DNA of 64,000 nt from Mobula hypostoma (lineage: Eukaryota), in the NCBI RefSeq assembly GCF_963921235.1, contig NW_026948187.1:3162001-3226000 (forward strand). The letters run 5' to 3'. Each line of letters opens with the position of its first letter. Position 1 is the first letter of the stretch. Below, in pieces: positions 49,818 to 62,223 of the stretch. The notes beneath the pieces were generated by a model. That model had not been told where the DNA came from, ran no database searches, and saw nothing but the letters and a program-made list of their open reading frames with translations. A program made the translations under genes and the position numbers.

Positions 49818-50186
49818 GGATAAATCTCTTTGTTCAGCGGGAGAGTCGAGTCGGACCCCGTGGGTGAGGTACAGAGAGATCTGGGACTCGGTAGTTAGCG
49901 GTTGCTTCCACCTCCAACCCCCCAGGAAGAAGAATTCAGGAAATTCTGCAAGTCCAAAAGACTTGGACTGTTTTGAATGGAGGATGACTGGCAGAAAGTT
50001 TAAACAATTACAAACATCAGTCGTAATTGCTAGTTTAATGGATGATTTGATTAAATTACGAGAAAGTGCTATGGCAGAATGGCACAGATTAGAAGGGGAA
50101 AACGAATGTCAACATAAAGCAGAAGCCGAGCGAGATAGGTTGCAACAGGAAGTCCTGGAATATCTTCAAAGAGCTGACACCGAGAA

Positions 50187-53100
50187 ATTTGAGATTGCCT
50201 TGGAGCCCTTGAATCGCTCTTCATGATTCACCGGATATATTTGGCATTATTGGTGGGAATGGGACGCATAAGGTATCATTATATGCAGATGACATGTTAC
50301 TGTATATCTCTAATCTGTCCTAACAACTCCTATTATATCCAATTTTGTTTTCTTCCAACCATCCAGAACTGATCAAACTTTTCTTTTATGGAAAACAAAA
50401 GGAATAATATGTTTTCGTGATTTATTCATGGATAATTGTCTCATGTCCTTTGAACAGTTGTCTAATAAATACAATTTGCCTAGATCACATTTTTTCAGGT
50501 ATTTACAGATTAGAAACTTTTTGAAGGTTATTTTACCTACTTTTGCGATATCACCTCAAACTGAAATTTCAGCAAATATTTGAGATTTAACCCCCTATCA
50601 GAAGAGTTTAATAACAATTGTTTATGATTTAATTACGAAAATACCTTTAGGTATGGCTGATAAAATTAAGAATGAATGGGAAAGAGAACTTTAGGCATCT
50701 TTACCGATAGAAAAATGGAAGAAAATTTTCCAACTAGTTAACACTTCCTCAATGTGTGCCAGACACGCTTTGATACAATTTAAGGAGGTTCATAGGGCAT
50801 ATTCTACCTCGTCCCACTGACCTGCACACGGACCATATCCCTCCATACACCTCCCATCCATGTATCTGTCCAATTTATTCTTAAATGTTAATAAAGAACC
50901 CGCATTTACCACCTCATCTGGCAGCTCATTCCATACTCCCACCACTCTCTGTGTGAAGAAGCCCCTCCTAATGTTCCCTTTAAACTTCCCCCCCTCACCC
51001 TTCACCCATGTCCTCTGTTTTTTTCTTCCCTTGCCTCAGTGCAAAAAGCCTGCTTGCATTCACTCTATCTATGCCCATCATAATTTTATATACCTCTATC
51101 AAATCTCCCCTCATTCTTTACGCTGCAGGGAATAAAGTCCTAACCTATTCAACATTTCTCGGTAACTGAGTTTCTCAAGTCCTGGCAACATCCTTGCAAA
51201 CCTTCTCTGCACTCTTTCAACCTTATTTTTATCCTTCCTGTAATTTGGTGACCAAAACTGAACACAATACTCCAGATTCGGCCTCACCAATGCCTTATAC
51301 AACCTCATCATAACATTCCAGCTCTTATACGCAATACCTTGATTAATAAAGGCCAATGTACCAAAAGCTCTCTTTACCACCCTATCTACTTCTGACGCCA
51401 CTTTTAGGGAATTTTGCATCTGTATCCCAGATCCCTCTGTTCTACTGCACTCCTCAGTGCCTTACCATTAACCCTGTATGTTCTACCTTGATTTGTCCTT
51501 CCAACGTGCAATACCTCACGCTTGTCTGTATTAAACTCCATCTGCCATTTTTCAGCCCATTTTTCCAGCTGGTCCAAGTCCCTCTGCAGGCTCCGAAAAC
51601 ATTCCTCATTGTCTACTACACCTCCAATCTTTGTATCATCAGCAAATTTGCTGATCCAATTTACCACATTATCATCCAGATCATTGATATAGATGACAAA
51701 TAACAATGGACCCAGCACTGATCCCTGTGGCACACCACGAGTCACAGGCCTCCACTCAGAGAAGCAATTCTCTACCACCACTCTTTGGCTTCTTCCATTG
51801 AGCCAATGTCCAATCCAATTTACCACCTCTCCATGTATACCTAGCGACTGAATTTTCCTAACTAACCTCCGATGCGGGACCTTGTCAAAGGCCTTGCTGA
51901 AATCCATGTAGACAACATCCACTGCCTTCCCTTCATCCACTTTCCTGGTAACCTCCTCGAAAAACTCCAATAGATTGGTCAAACATGACCTGCCACGCAC
52001 AAAGCCATGTTGACTCTCGCTAATAGGTCCCTGTCTATCCAAATGCTTGTAGATTCTGTCTCTTAGTACTCCCTCCAATAACTTACCTACTACCGCCGTT
52101 AAACTCACTGGCCTGTAATTTCCCGGATTACTTTTCGATCCTTTTTTTAAACAACGGAACAACATGAGCCACGCTCCAATCCTCCGGCACCTCACCCGGA
52201 GACAGCGACATTTTTAATGTTTCTGCCAGGGCCCCCACAATTTCAACACTAGTCTCCTTCAAGGTCCGAGGGAACACCCTGTCAGGTCCTGGAGACTTAT
52301 CCACTTTAATTTTCCTCAGGACAGCAAGCACCTCCTCCTTTTCAATCTGTACAGTTTCCATGATCTCACTACTTTTTTCCCTCAATTCCATAGACTTCAT
52401 GCCAGTTTCCTTAGTAAATACAGACGCAAAAAACCTATTTAAGATCTCCCCCATTTCCTTTGGTTCTGCACATAGCCGACCACTCTGATCTTCAAGAGGA
52501 CCAATTTTATCCCTTACAATCCTTTTGCTCTTAATATAGCTCTAAAAGCTCTTTGGATTATCCTTCACTTTGACTGCCAAGGCAACCTCATGTCTTCTTT
52601 TAGCCCTCCTGATTTCTTTCTTAAGTATTTTCTTGCACTTCTTATACTCCTCAAGCACCTGATTTACTCCGTTTCCTATACATTTCATACAACTCCCTCT
52701 TCTTCTTTTTCAGAGTTGCAATATTCCTTGAGAACCAAGGTTCCTTATTCCTATTCAATTTGCCTTTAATCCTGACAGGAACATAAAAACTCTGCACTCT
52801 CAAAATTTCCCCTTTGAAGGCTTCCCACCTACCAATCACATCTTTGCCAGAGAACAACCTGTCCGAATCCAAGCTTTTTAGATCCTTTCTCATTTCTTCA
52901 AAGTTGACCTTCTTCCAGTTCAGAACCTCAACCCTAGGACCAGATCTATCCTTGTCCATGATCAAAATGAAACTAATGAAACATTTTTGATATTATTTCA
53001 GTATTTTTGCGGATTAATTTACAACCTCATCGTATTACTGCAATTTTTTTGTACTACCAGTGATGGACTCTAGTCATTTATCCCCTTCAGCTTGTCGTTT

Positions 53101-53632
53101 GATTGCATTTGTTACATTAATATCCAGAAGATCCGTTTTTTCAATGGAAAGATTCTAATCCCCCTACTACATATCAATGGTTTTCCCCAAACTATAACAT
53201 GTTTAAATTTGTAAAAAAAAAAAAATTAGGAGTGGTACTATCGAGCCTCGGTTAAATTTGAAAAAAAAACTGGAGGCCATTTATTCAGCATTTTCATATG
53301 ATGTAACCTGACCTTTTCCAACTTTTTTAATTAACTTTTTGTTTGTGTATAGAGGAGCGGAGTTAATGACAAATAATGATTTTAGCCGATGAAATATGGC
53401 ATCCCAGTCTTTTTTTTGTTTTGTTTTTTTTTAGTGTAGCGGGTAAAAACTTGTTTGAATTTTTTTCATGTTCAGTTAATAAGAGATTGGGAGGTTTAAA
53501 TTAAACATGTTACTCGGACTCTGTGTCTGAATACGTTAACCGTTGTCATTGTAATCCCGATCTCTTTGTATTATTATCATTGTTATGTTTATCCATTTGA
53601 AACTCAATATAAAAGATTGAAACAGAAAGAAA
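50187..53632 (+). mobile_element. 5'-truncated, internally deleted L1, split by a CR1
   Basis: FEIALEPL, HKVSLYADDMLLYISN, LIQFK..HRA; the 3' part from about 52979 parallels 10080-10696 and ends aatataaaagattgaaacagaaagaaa. Confidence 0.85.
50788..52978 (-). mobile_element. CR1 ORF2 segment lacking a 3' tail
   Basis: ORFs 52651-52965, 52128-52454, 51404-52195 (PQGSVLGP, KFADD), 51111-51419, 50790-51005. Confidence 0.93.
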
Positions 53633-53709
53633 GGACGTAGAAACCTTCAGAGAAAGGATTACTGAGTTACAGTATCAGAGAGGTACGGGCTTGATGCATA
53701 TGAAACAGT

Positions 53710-56700
53710 GAGAGTAGGAATGCAATGAGGTGGAGGATAAATGCGTGGCTGAGGGATTGGAGCAGGGGGAAGGGATTCAAGTTTTTGGATCATTGGGGCC
53801 TCTTTTGGCGCAGGCGTGACCTGTACAAAAAGGATGGGTTACACTTGAATCCTAGGGGGACCAATATCCTGGCGGGGAGATTAGCGGGGGCTACTGAGGT
53901 GACTTTAAACTAGAATGGTTGGGGGGTGGGAATCAAATTAAAGAGGCTAGGCGTGAGGAGGTTAGTTCACAACAGAGGGATGGGAACCAGTGTAGAGAGA
54001 CAGAGGGGTGTAAAGTGAGGGTAGAAGCAAAAAGTACAAAGGAGAAAAGTAAAAGTGGCAGGCCGACAAATCCAGGGCAAACATTAAAAAGGGCCACTTT
54101 TAAAAATAATTGTATAAGGGCTAAGAGAGTTGTAAAAGAGCGCCTGAAGGCTCTATGTGTCAATGCAAGGAGCATTCGTAATAAGGTGGATGAATTGAAA
54201 GTGCAGATTGTTATTCAGGATTATGATATAGTTGGGATCACAGAGACATGGCTCCAGGGTGACCAGGGATGGGAGCTCAACGTTCAGGGATATTCAATAT
54301 TCAGGAGGGATAGACATGAAGGAAGGGGAGGTGGGGTGGCGTTGCTGGTTAAAGAAGAGATTAATGCAATAGAAAGGAAGGACATAAGCCGGGAAGATGT
54401 GGAATCGATATAGGTAGAGCTGCGTAACACCAAGGGGCAGAAGACGCCGGTGGGAGCTGTGTACAGGCCACCTAACAGTAGTAGTGAGGTCGGAGATGGT
54501 ATTAAACAGGAAATTAGAAATGTGTGCAATAAAGGAACAGCAGTTATAATGGGTGACTTCAATCTACATGTAGACTGGGTGAACCAAATTGGTAAAGGTG
54601 CTGAGGAAGAGGATTTCTTGGAATGTATGCGGGATGGTTTTTTGAACCAACATGTCGAGGAACCAACTAGAGAGCAGGCTATTCTGGACTGGGTTTTGAG
54701 CAATGAGGAAGGGTTAATTAGCGATCTTGTCGTGAGAGGCCCCTTGGGTAAGAGTGACCATAATATGGTGGAACTCTTCATTAAGATGGAGAGTGACATA
54801 GTTAATTCAGAAACAAAGGTTCTGAACTTAAAGAGGGGTAACTTTGAAGGTATGATACGTGAATTAGCTAAGATAGACTGGCAAATGACACTTAAAGGAT
54901 TGACGGTGGATATGCAATGACAAGCATTTAAAGGTTGCATGGATGAACTACAACAATTGTTCATCCCAGTTTGGCAAAAGAATAAATCAAGGAAGGTAGT
55001 GCACCCGTGGCTGACAAGAGAAATTAGGGATAGTATCAATTCCAAAGAAGAAGCATACAAATTAGCCAGAGAAAGTGGCTCACCTGAGGACTGGGAGAAA
55101 TTCAGAGTTCAGCAGAGGAGGACAAAGGGCTTAATTGGGAAGGGGAAAAAGATTATGAGAGAAAACTGGCAGGGAACATAAAAACGGACTGTAAAAGCTT
55201 TTATAGATATGTAAAAAGGAAAAGACTGGTAAAGACAAATGTAGGTCCCCTGCAGACAGAAACAGGGGAATTGATTATGGGGAGCAAGGACATGGCAGAC
55301 CAATTGAATAGTTACTTTGGTTCTGTCTTCACTAAGGAGGACTTAAATAATCTTCCAGAAATAGTAAGGGACAGAGGGTCCAGTGGGATGGAGGAACTGA
55401 GCGAAATACATGTTAGTAGGGAAGTGGTGTTAGGTAAATTGAAGGGATTGAAGGCAGATAAATCCCCAGGGCCAGATGGTCTGCATCCTAGAGTGCTTAA
55501 AGAAGTAGCCCAAGAAATAGTGGATGCATTAGTGATAATTTTTCAAAACTCGTTAGATTCTGGACTAGTTCCTGAGGATTGGAGGGTGGCTAATGTAACC
55601 CCACTTTTTAAAAAAGGAGGGAGAGAGAAACTGGGGAATTATAGATCGGTTAGCCTAACGTCGGTAGTGGGGAAACTGCTGGAGTCAGTTATCAAGGATG
55701 TGATAACAGCACATTTGGAAAGCGGTGAAATGATCGGACAAAGTCAGCATGGATCTGTGAAAGGAAAATCATGTCTGACGAGTCTCATAGAATTTTTTGA
55801 GGATGTAACTAGTAGAGTGGATAGGGGAGAACCAGTGGATGTGGTATATTTGGATTTTCAAAAGGCTTTTGACAAGGTCCCACACAGGAGATTAGTGTGC
55901 AAACTTAAAGCACACGGTATTGGGGATAAGGTATTGGTGTGGGTGGAGAATTGGTTAGCAGACAGGAAGCAAAGAGTGGGAATAAACGGGACCTTTTCAG
56001 AATGGCAGGCGGTGACTAGTGGGGTACCGCAAGGCTCAGTGCTGGGACCCCAGTTGTTTACAATATATATTAATGACTTGGATGAGGGAATTAAATGCAG
56101 CATCTCCAAGTTTGCGGATGACACGAAGCTGGGTGGCAGTGTTAGCAGTGAGAAGGATGCTAAGAGGATGCAGGGTGAGTTGGATAGGTTGGGTGAGTGG
56201 GCAAATTCATGGCAGATGCAATTTAATGTGGATAAATGTGAAGTTATCCACTTTGGTGGCAAAAATAGGAAAACAGATTATTATCTGAATGGTGGCCGAT
56301 TAGGAAAAGGGGAGGTGCAACGAAACCTGGGTGTCATTATACACCAGTCATTGAAAGTGGGCATGCAGGTACAGCAGGCGGTGAAAAAGGCGAATGGTAT
56401 GCTGGCATTTATAGCGAGAGGATTCGAGTACAGGAGCAGGGAGGTACTACTGCAGTTGTACAAGGCCTTGGTGAGACCACACCTGGAGTATTTTGTGCAG
56501 TTTTGGTCCCCTAATCTGAAGAAAGACATCTTTGCCATAGAGGGAGTACAAAGAATGTTCACCAGATTGATTCCTGGGATGGCGGGACTTTCATATGAAA
56601 AAAGACTGGATGAATTGGGCTTGTACTCGTTGGAATTCAGAAGATTGAGGGGGGATCTGATTGAAACGTATAAGATCCTAAAGGGATTGGACAGGCTAGA

Positions 56701-57049
56701 TGCAGGGAGATTGTTCCCGATGTTGGGGAAGTCCAGAACGAGGGGTCACAGTTTGAGGATAGAGGGGAAGCCTTTTAGGACCGAGATTAGGAAAAACTTC
56801 TTCACACAGAGAGTGGTGAATCTGTGGAATTCTCTGCCACAGGAAACTGTTGAGGCAAGTTCATTGGCTATATTTAAGAGGGAGTTAGAAATGGCCCTTG
56901 TGGCTACGGGGGTCAGGGGGTATGGAGGGAAGGCTGGGGCGGGGTTCTGAGTTGGATGATCAGCCATGATCATAATAAATGGCGGTGCAGGCTCGAAGGG
57001 CCGAATGGCCCACTCCTGCACCTATTTTCTATGTTTCTATGTTTCTATG
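53710..57049 (+). mobile_element. Young CR1 LINE: end of esterase-type ORF1 plus almost intact ORF2
   Basis: LYKKDGLHLN (SGNH esterase DxxH block); NARSI, ITETWL, MGDFN, SDHN; 559-aa RT ORF with FADD; (TTCTATGT)n tail; TSD TATGAAACAGT (53699-53709) / TATGAGACAGT (57046-57056). Confidence 0.95.
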
Positions 57050-57812
57050 AGACAGTTTCAGTTGAAGTGTGAGAAATTACTTGAAGAAAATGAAAGTAAA
57101 CTAGAGGTCAGTGATGCGCCACCAGCAGTCTGATCGTTCCGTTTACTGTATGTTGAAGTGATGGGTCACTTTGAAGTCCTGCCAGTGATCTCACTCACGT
57201 TCGAGAAGTCTAATGAAATTAATTGCTAATCTTCACGCTCGATGGTGAAACTGTGCTTTCATTCGCGAAGTACCTGAATCTATAGCATATTGTTTGCGCG
57301 AATTCACGGTTCAGGAAACTGTCAATATGACCAATTGGAGATGAAGGGAATTCCCCAGCTGACGTCATTAGGATTAATGCAAAGGTTTTTTTCAGCGTAA
57401 CATGGACATGCAAACGCTGATGGAAAGTGCTGGTACTGCAGGGGTACAATATATGCAATCTAAACCGAGAGCAGAAGCTCTAAACGTAGAGACAGGACAC
57501 AATAATAATACTCCCTGTCGATATTCGTCAGAAAATCCGTCTTTGCAGTGGTAGTGCTCACTAAAAGAAAGCGGAAGTTCTGCCGCTGTTCTCCATAAAT
57601 AATTATCGGTATTCTCATGTCCGTAAAAATAGAACAAATTCCCAGGGCTGAGAGAGACCTTATCCCATGGCGTGTGTGGTAGTCTGGGTGGAAATTTCTA
57701 AAGACATGGAGAAACACAGCACAGAAACAGGCCACTCGGCTCGTGTAGTCATGCTGAAATATTCTGCCGAGTCCCATTGACCTGCACCGTGACCGTAGCC
57801 CTGCACTCCATT

Positions 57813-58046
57813 CCCAAACTTCTGTTGCATCTGTACTTACCCAAACTTCTGTTGTATCTGTACTTACCCAAACTTCTGTTGTATCTGTACTTATCCAAAC
57901 TTCTGTTGCATCTGTACTTATCCAAACTTCTGTTGTATCTGTACTTATCCAAACTTCTGTTGTATCTGTACTTATCCAAACTTCTGTTGTATCTGTACTT
58001 ACCCAAACTTCTGTTGTATCTGTACTTACCCAAACTTCTGTTGCAT
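57813..58046. repeat. 27-bp minisatellite, about 8.7 copies, within a CR1 3'-end remnant (57705-57840, minus)
   Basis: Unit CCAAACTTCTGTTGYATCTGTACTTAY, preceded by acacagcacagaaacaggcc...cccattgacctgcacc. Confidence 0.93.
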
Positions 58047-58659
58047 GTGTAGCCGAGTAGGCTTGTCCGCACGTTCGTCTAGGGAAACCAGCTTTCGGCC
58101 CCGCCAAAACAGAGCATTCAAACTGGGGCGGATGTTGTGTAAATACCCCAGTACAAACTCACAACGCAAATTTCAGACAGTACGCAATAACCGAGTCAAT
58201 GATTACACTTTATAACTCTTATTTTGTTGTGTGGTTAGCAGAGAAACAAAATATAAAAGGCAAAAGCGCCACTCTTATTAAAGTTAACATTTCGTGCACA
58301 AAATCCTCCTTTAACGACCTCCGCCGAAACGCCGCCATTCTCCGGACGCTCGAATTCCCATATTCTCCGTCTGCTGAACACCGAGCGCTCCCCGCACTCG
58401 TTCTTCCTCTTTCCTCCCCTCGACCGAAAGCCCGCGAGCAAACTCGGTTCCCAGACATATAAGATAGAATAACATGTCTCCCATTGGTTAGTTTCCCGTT
58501 ATCTGTAAGTATAACCCAAACATCGCAGCTACAGAGAAACCAGTACATCAGCAGTTAGCATTACAGGGAAGCCACTACAGTAGTCTTAGCAGTTAACATT
58601 ACTGAGAACCCTACACATGTCGTAATCAATCCTCCGCTCGTTAGTCCCGAAGCCAGCCT

Positions 58660-59160
58660 GTTCCACTCTCACCACCCGCATGTTCCCCTTAAGAATTTCA
58701 CCTTGCACCCTTAACCTCCGACCATTAGTCCCACCCAGCCTCAGTGGGAAAGAACATGCTTACAATTACCCTATCCAACCCCTAAAAATCTCTATGAACT
58801 CATTCAATTTCATTGCTATCTTTCCTTCCGAAAGGTGACCAGGACTGCACACAATACGCCTAATCGGCCTCACTGACGTCTTATTCAACTCCAACATAAC
58901 ATCTCATCTCCGATACTCAATACCTTGACCTATGAAGGTCAATGTACCAAAAGTTCTCTTTACCACCCTGTCGACCTGTGATGACACTTTCGGGAGATTA
59001 TGGATCTCTATTCCCGGATCCCTCTGTTCCACCGTACTCATCGGTGCCCCAACATTCAACGTGTAAGCCTCTCAAAGTGCAATGGCTCGCAGTTCCCTGC
59101 ATGAAATTCCATCTACCACTTTTCAGCTCAATTTTCCGGCTGGTCCAAAGACTCTAAGTG
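58660..59160 (-). mobile_element. Old CR1 3' fragment
   Basis: Parallels 50930-51590 (ggcctcac...aatgtaccaaaag.tctctttaccaccct). Confidence 0.75.
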
Positions 59161-61320
59161 ACTCTAACAGATTTTCGGGAAGTCTGATAAATTTAGAACT
59201 CACGCCAATGACATTAAATCTGTGATAAGTCTGAAGGAACGAGCTGTTCCAGAGTTTTAAGTCTACAGATCCCCATAGGTAAAACACTAAAGAATATGAG
59301 CTGTATTTCCCCCGCGTTTCTTTACCCAGACCGGGGTGAGAACAGAACGGCTTCCTGGATGTAACAGATTCCCGGAGCCACTGAACGATGAATTCCCAGC
59401 CCAACATTTCCATATAAACTGAAATGCATGCTTCCTTTAATTACACGAGACACGGTGCATAAGAACAGAGACATGATATTGTTGTACATCGTTCTACTCA
59501 ATTATCTGTGTAATCATTGGAGTTTCATGGAACAAAACGCCAGACACAGTTCCACTGTATCTCGGTACACGTGAGAGGACTAATCCGAAACCAGCACGAA
59601 ACCGATGAGCCGGATAGGTGTGTGACCGCTGTAGCGAAACACCCTGAGGCTGAGAGGATCGCGATTATCGACAGATGATAACCAGTTTGTAATTACCCCA
59701 CGCAAGGAGGCGTCAGCATCCAGGCACCACAGATGGTTCTGAAGTACAGCGAACACAGAGAATATCGGATCGCTTTGTTCCTCACCGGGTGAGTTGCTGC
59801 AGATCTGAAACCGATTGCGTGAGCACCCGGCGGCGGCAGAGAGTCTGACAGTTCAGAAGGATCTGGGTGAACATTTGGATAGAAGGGGCGTAAAAGTTTC
59901 GCCATCCACTTCTAGTCAGGGAGAACACCTTACCGGAAATGACGTGCCGCCGTTTCGTACTCTGTGAACTTGCGAACCTGTGATATCCAAGTAGCCGTTC
60001 ACTTCTCACTGTGGTCCGGACAAGGGAACTCTATGTGAGCGGCCTGATCTGTCCACGGACTGTGACTCCCCCATGGTGGGGAGACTGATTCAGATATGAT
60101 CTCCAGGTGGATGGAATTGGAATCGGTTTAATATTGTCACATGTACTGAGATGCTGTGAAAATTCAGTCCTGTGTACAGTTCAAATCATTATATAGAGCC
60201 GTGAAGTAGAATAAACAGAAAAAGGTCAAACAGTTACAATTCTGAATAAAATGTAACAACCACAGAAACACTGAACAACAAGTCTACAAAAAAGGAGGAA
60301 AATCACAACGGAATAAACTGGGAGGTGAAGAGTCCATATTATCGTGCTCGGGATCATTTCAACAATATTTTATCAGCAGAGCAGAAGACCTGCCCGAGCC
60401 TGTAGTTATGTGTTTTCTGTACTCTGTAGCTTTACTCGCGCGTTCCTGATCTTTTCCAGAAAACAGTTCCTCGGTCAGTTCTCCTTCCTCTCTGCTCAGA
60501 GAGACACATTCAGTGACACAGTTTCGGTCTAATCCGGCCTCTGTGATAGAGGCAACCCGTAGAGTTTCGGCTCTCTTCAACCAGCCGCGTTCGATAAAAC
60601 CTGATAGCGGTAGTGCTCTAAAAAAAAATTGTTAAGTTTATCACCACTCAGGACCGTAAAAACGAACAATGTAGCTGCGACAGACAGACAAAGCTGGAAG
60701 ATCTGTACCAACACCTGTTCTTTTACCCAGGCCCTGCAATAGCCCTGTCGGGAGAGACTGCAAATGCAATGCAAATCCCTCGACATGTCTGTCCCCGGAT
60801 GTCGCTGCGGCCAAGTTAATACTAAAAATAACCGAGAGCAAGTGCACCCCACATTGCGGATTGGCATTCGCATTTCCTCACCACTAACATCGATTTTTCA
60901 AACTTCTCTTAACATTGTGATTGCATGATGTTTCTGGAATGCTATGATTTATCAGAGCGATACCCGTGACAAGAGCTAATTTCCAGTATGACCTGCGAGC
61001 TGGTTGAACCGGACCGTTCGCACTCACTGTTAAACGGGAGAGGTTTCACGGTGGAGCGGAGCAGTACGGCTGAAACAGGCGAACAGAACTGTGGCGCTGA
61101 TCTACACTAACAAATATAGGTCGTTCCACTGGGGAAGAGAGGGGGGATATAAACTGGTGAATGCAGGAAAAAAAGATTAAAATGATCGTCAGTGAACCAG
61201 AGCGAGCAATCATGCTGGCGAGGAATGAGATAAACAAGGAGAACGCCTGGCTTCATTGGTGCAGAGATTGTTTGCAATGGGTGGTGAATTATTTGGGCCA
61301 GGCAGGGAAACATCACTAAT

Positions 61321-62223
61321 TCATGACATCCTTGCAGCAATGAGAGCCAGGGGATGTTTTATCACGTCCTTCAGTTGCTCCCTGAACTTGGTCTGGGTGA
61401 CGGCGTAAAAAGCCGTGTTTGTGCAGCAGCTCAGAATCTGCAGCATCGAGCCCAGTCCTCGCAGAGAATCAGCAGGAAGCGTCACAGCAGAGAAAGCAGA
61501 CAGTCGGTTCCAAGCAGAATACACAGTGAACGGTGCCCACAGCAGGACGAAATTGCTAGAGATGATCAGCAGTAAAACGAGTGATTTTCTGCGGCTCTCC
61601 ATCTCCGGGTCTCTGGCACTCTGTCCCTTGTCAGCACGCCGGAGTCTCCTGCGCCCTCTGCTGGTGACTAAAACGTACCGGATGGTTAATCCATTCGTCA
61701 GGAGGACCAGCAGGAATGGGATTACAGGAGTCTAGAAGGTAATTAAATAAGTCAATTGACATTGCGACAAATAAAGACACATAATCTGCGGTATCTACAC
61801 AAATAAATGGAGCAATCAGCATTGCATAATATCCCGAGAGTCGAAAATACCAGTAAATGTTCCTTAAACAGCTGATCGCAGTCACTGTCCCCAGCATCAC
61901 AGCCGCAGTTCTCCCGGTGCAATATTTTGTTTTCAGCTTCTGGCAACAAATGGCCACAAACCGGTCAAATGTGAAAGTGACGGTGAACCAGACCGAACAA
62001 TCGGTGGCGGCGTAAAGCAGGACGGCGTGGATTTGACACACTGGTGTGTCCGCAGCCCAGATGAGAAGTTCAATTGGCGCGTAAATATTCGGAATCTTGT
62101 TCAGTATCAGGTCCAGGACAACAACCATAAGATCGGCCGCTGCCATGGCAACTAGGTAGCGAGTGACAACTCTGGAGAGACCGCACTTTCCTCTGGACAA
62201 GATTAAAATTGTCACCAGGTTCA
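61321..62223 (-). pseudogene. GPR139/GPR142-like GPCR #3, exon 2 with a 1-bp insertion; exon 1 not found in the window
   Basis: Acceptor cttcttgcag|TG AAC (VNLVTILILSRGKCGLS); TFDRFVAICCQKLKTKYCT. An extra base near 61732 shifts LL-TPVIPF; the second frame gives RDPEMESRRKS, LLWAP, LSCCTNTAFY, KFREQ, with stop at 61323-61321. Confidence 0.88.

Larger units (their letters stand above)
49807..57133 (+). pseudogene. Coiled-coil gag-like ORF split into three pieces (49807-50186, 53633-53709, 57057-57133)
   Basis: Removing the inserted LINEs restores one frame: ...EYLQRADTEK-DVETFRERITELQYQRGTGLMHMKQ-FQLKCEKLLEENESKLEVSDAPPAV*. Confidence 0.6.

Noticed and set aside
54405-54925. Two TGG-to-stop changes suggesting APOBEC-type G-to-A hypermutation
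   Set aside because: Other substitutions in the same copy are of mixed types; two events are not enough.
54284-56562. Long antisense ORFs (258, 134 and 93 aa)
   Set aside because: They lie opposite CR1 ORF2 and are shadow frames without independent motifs.
57460-58107. ORFs with TTEVWVSTD and YRYNRSLDK repeats; superficially CRISPR-like array
   Set aside because: These are translations of a head-to-tail 27-bp minisatellite; there are no unique spacers and the context is eukaryotic.
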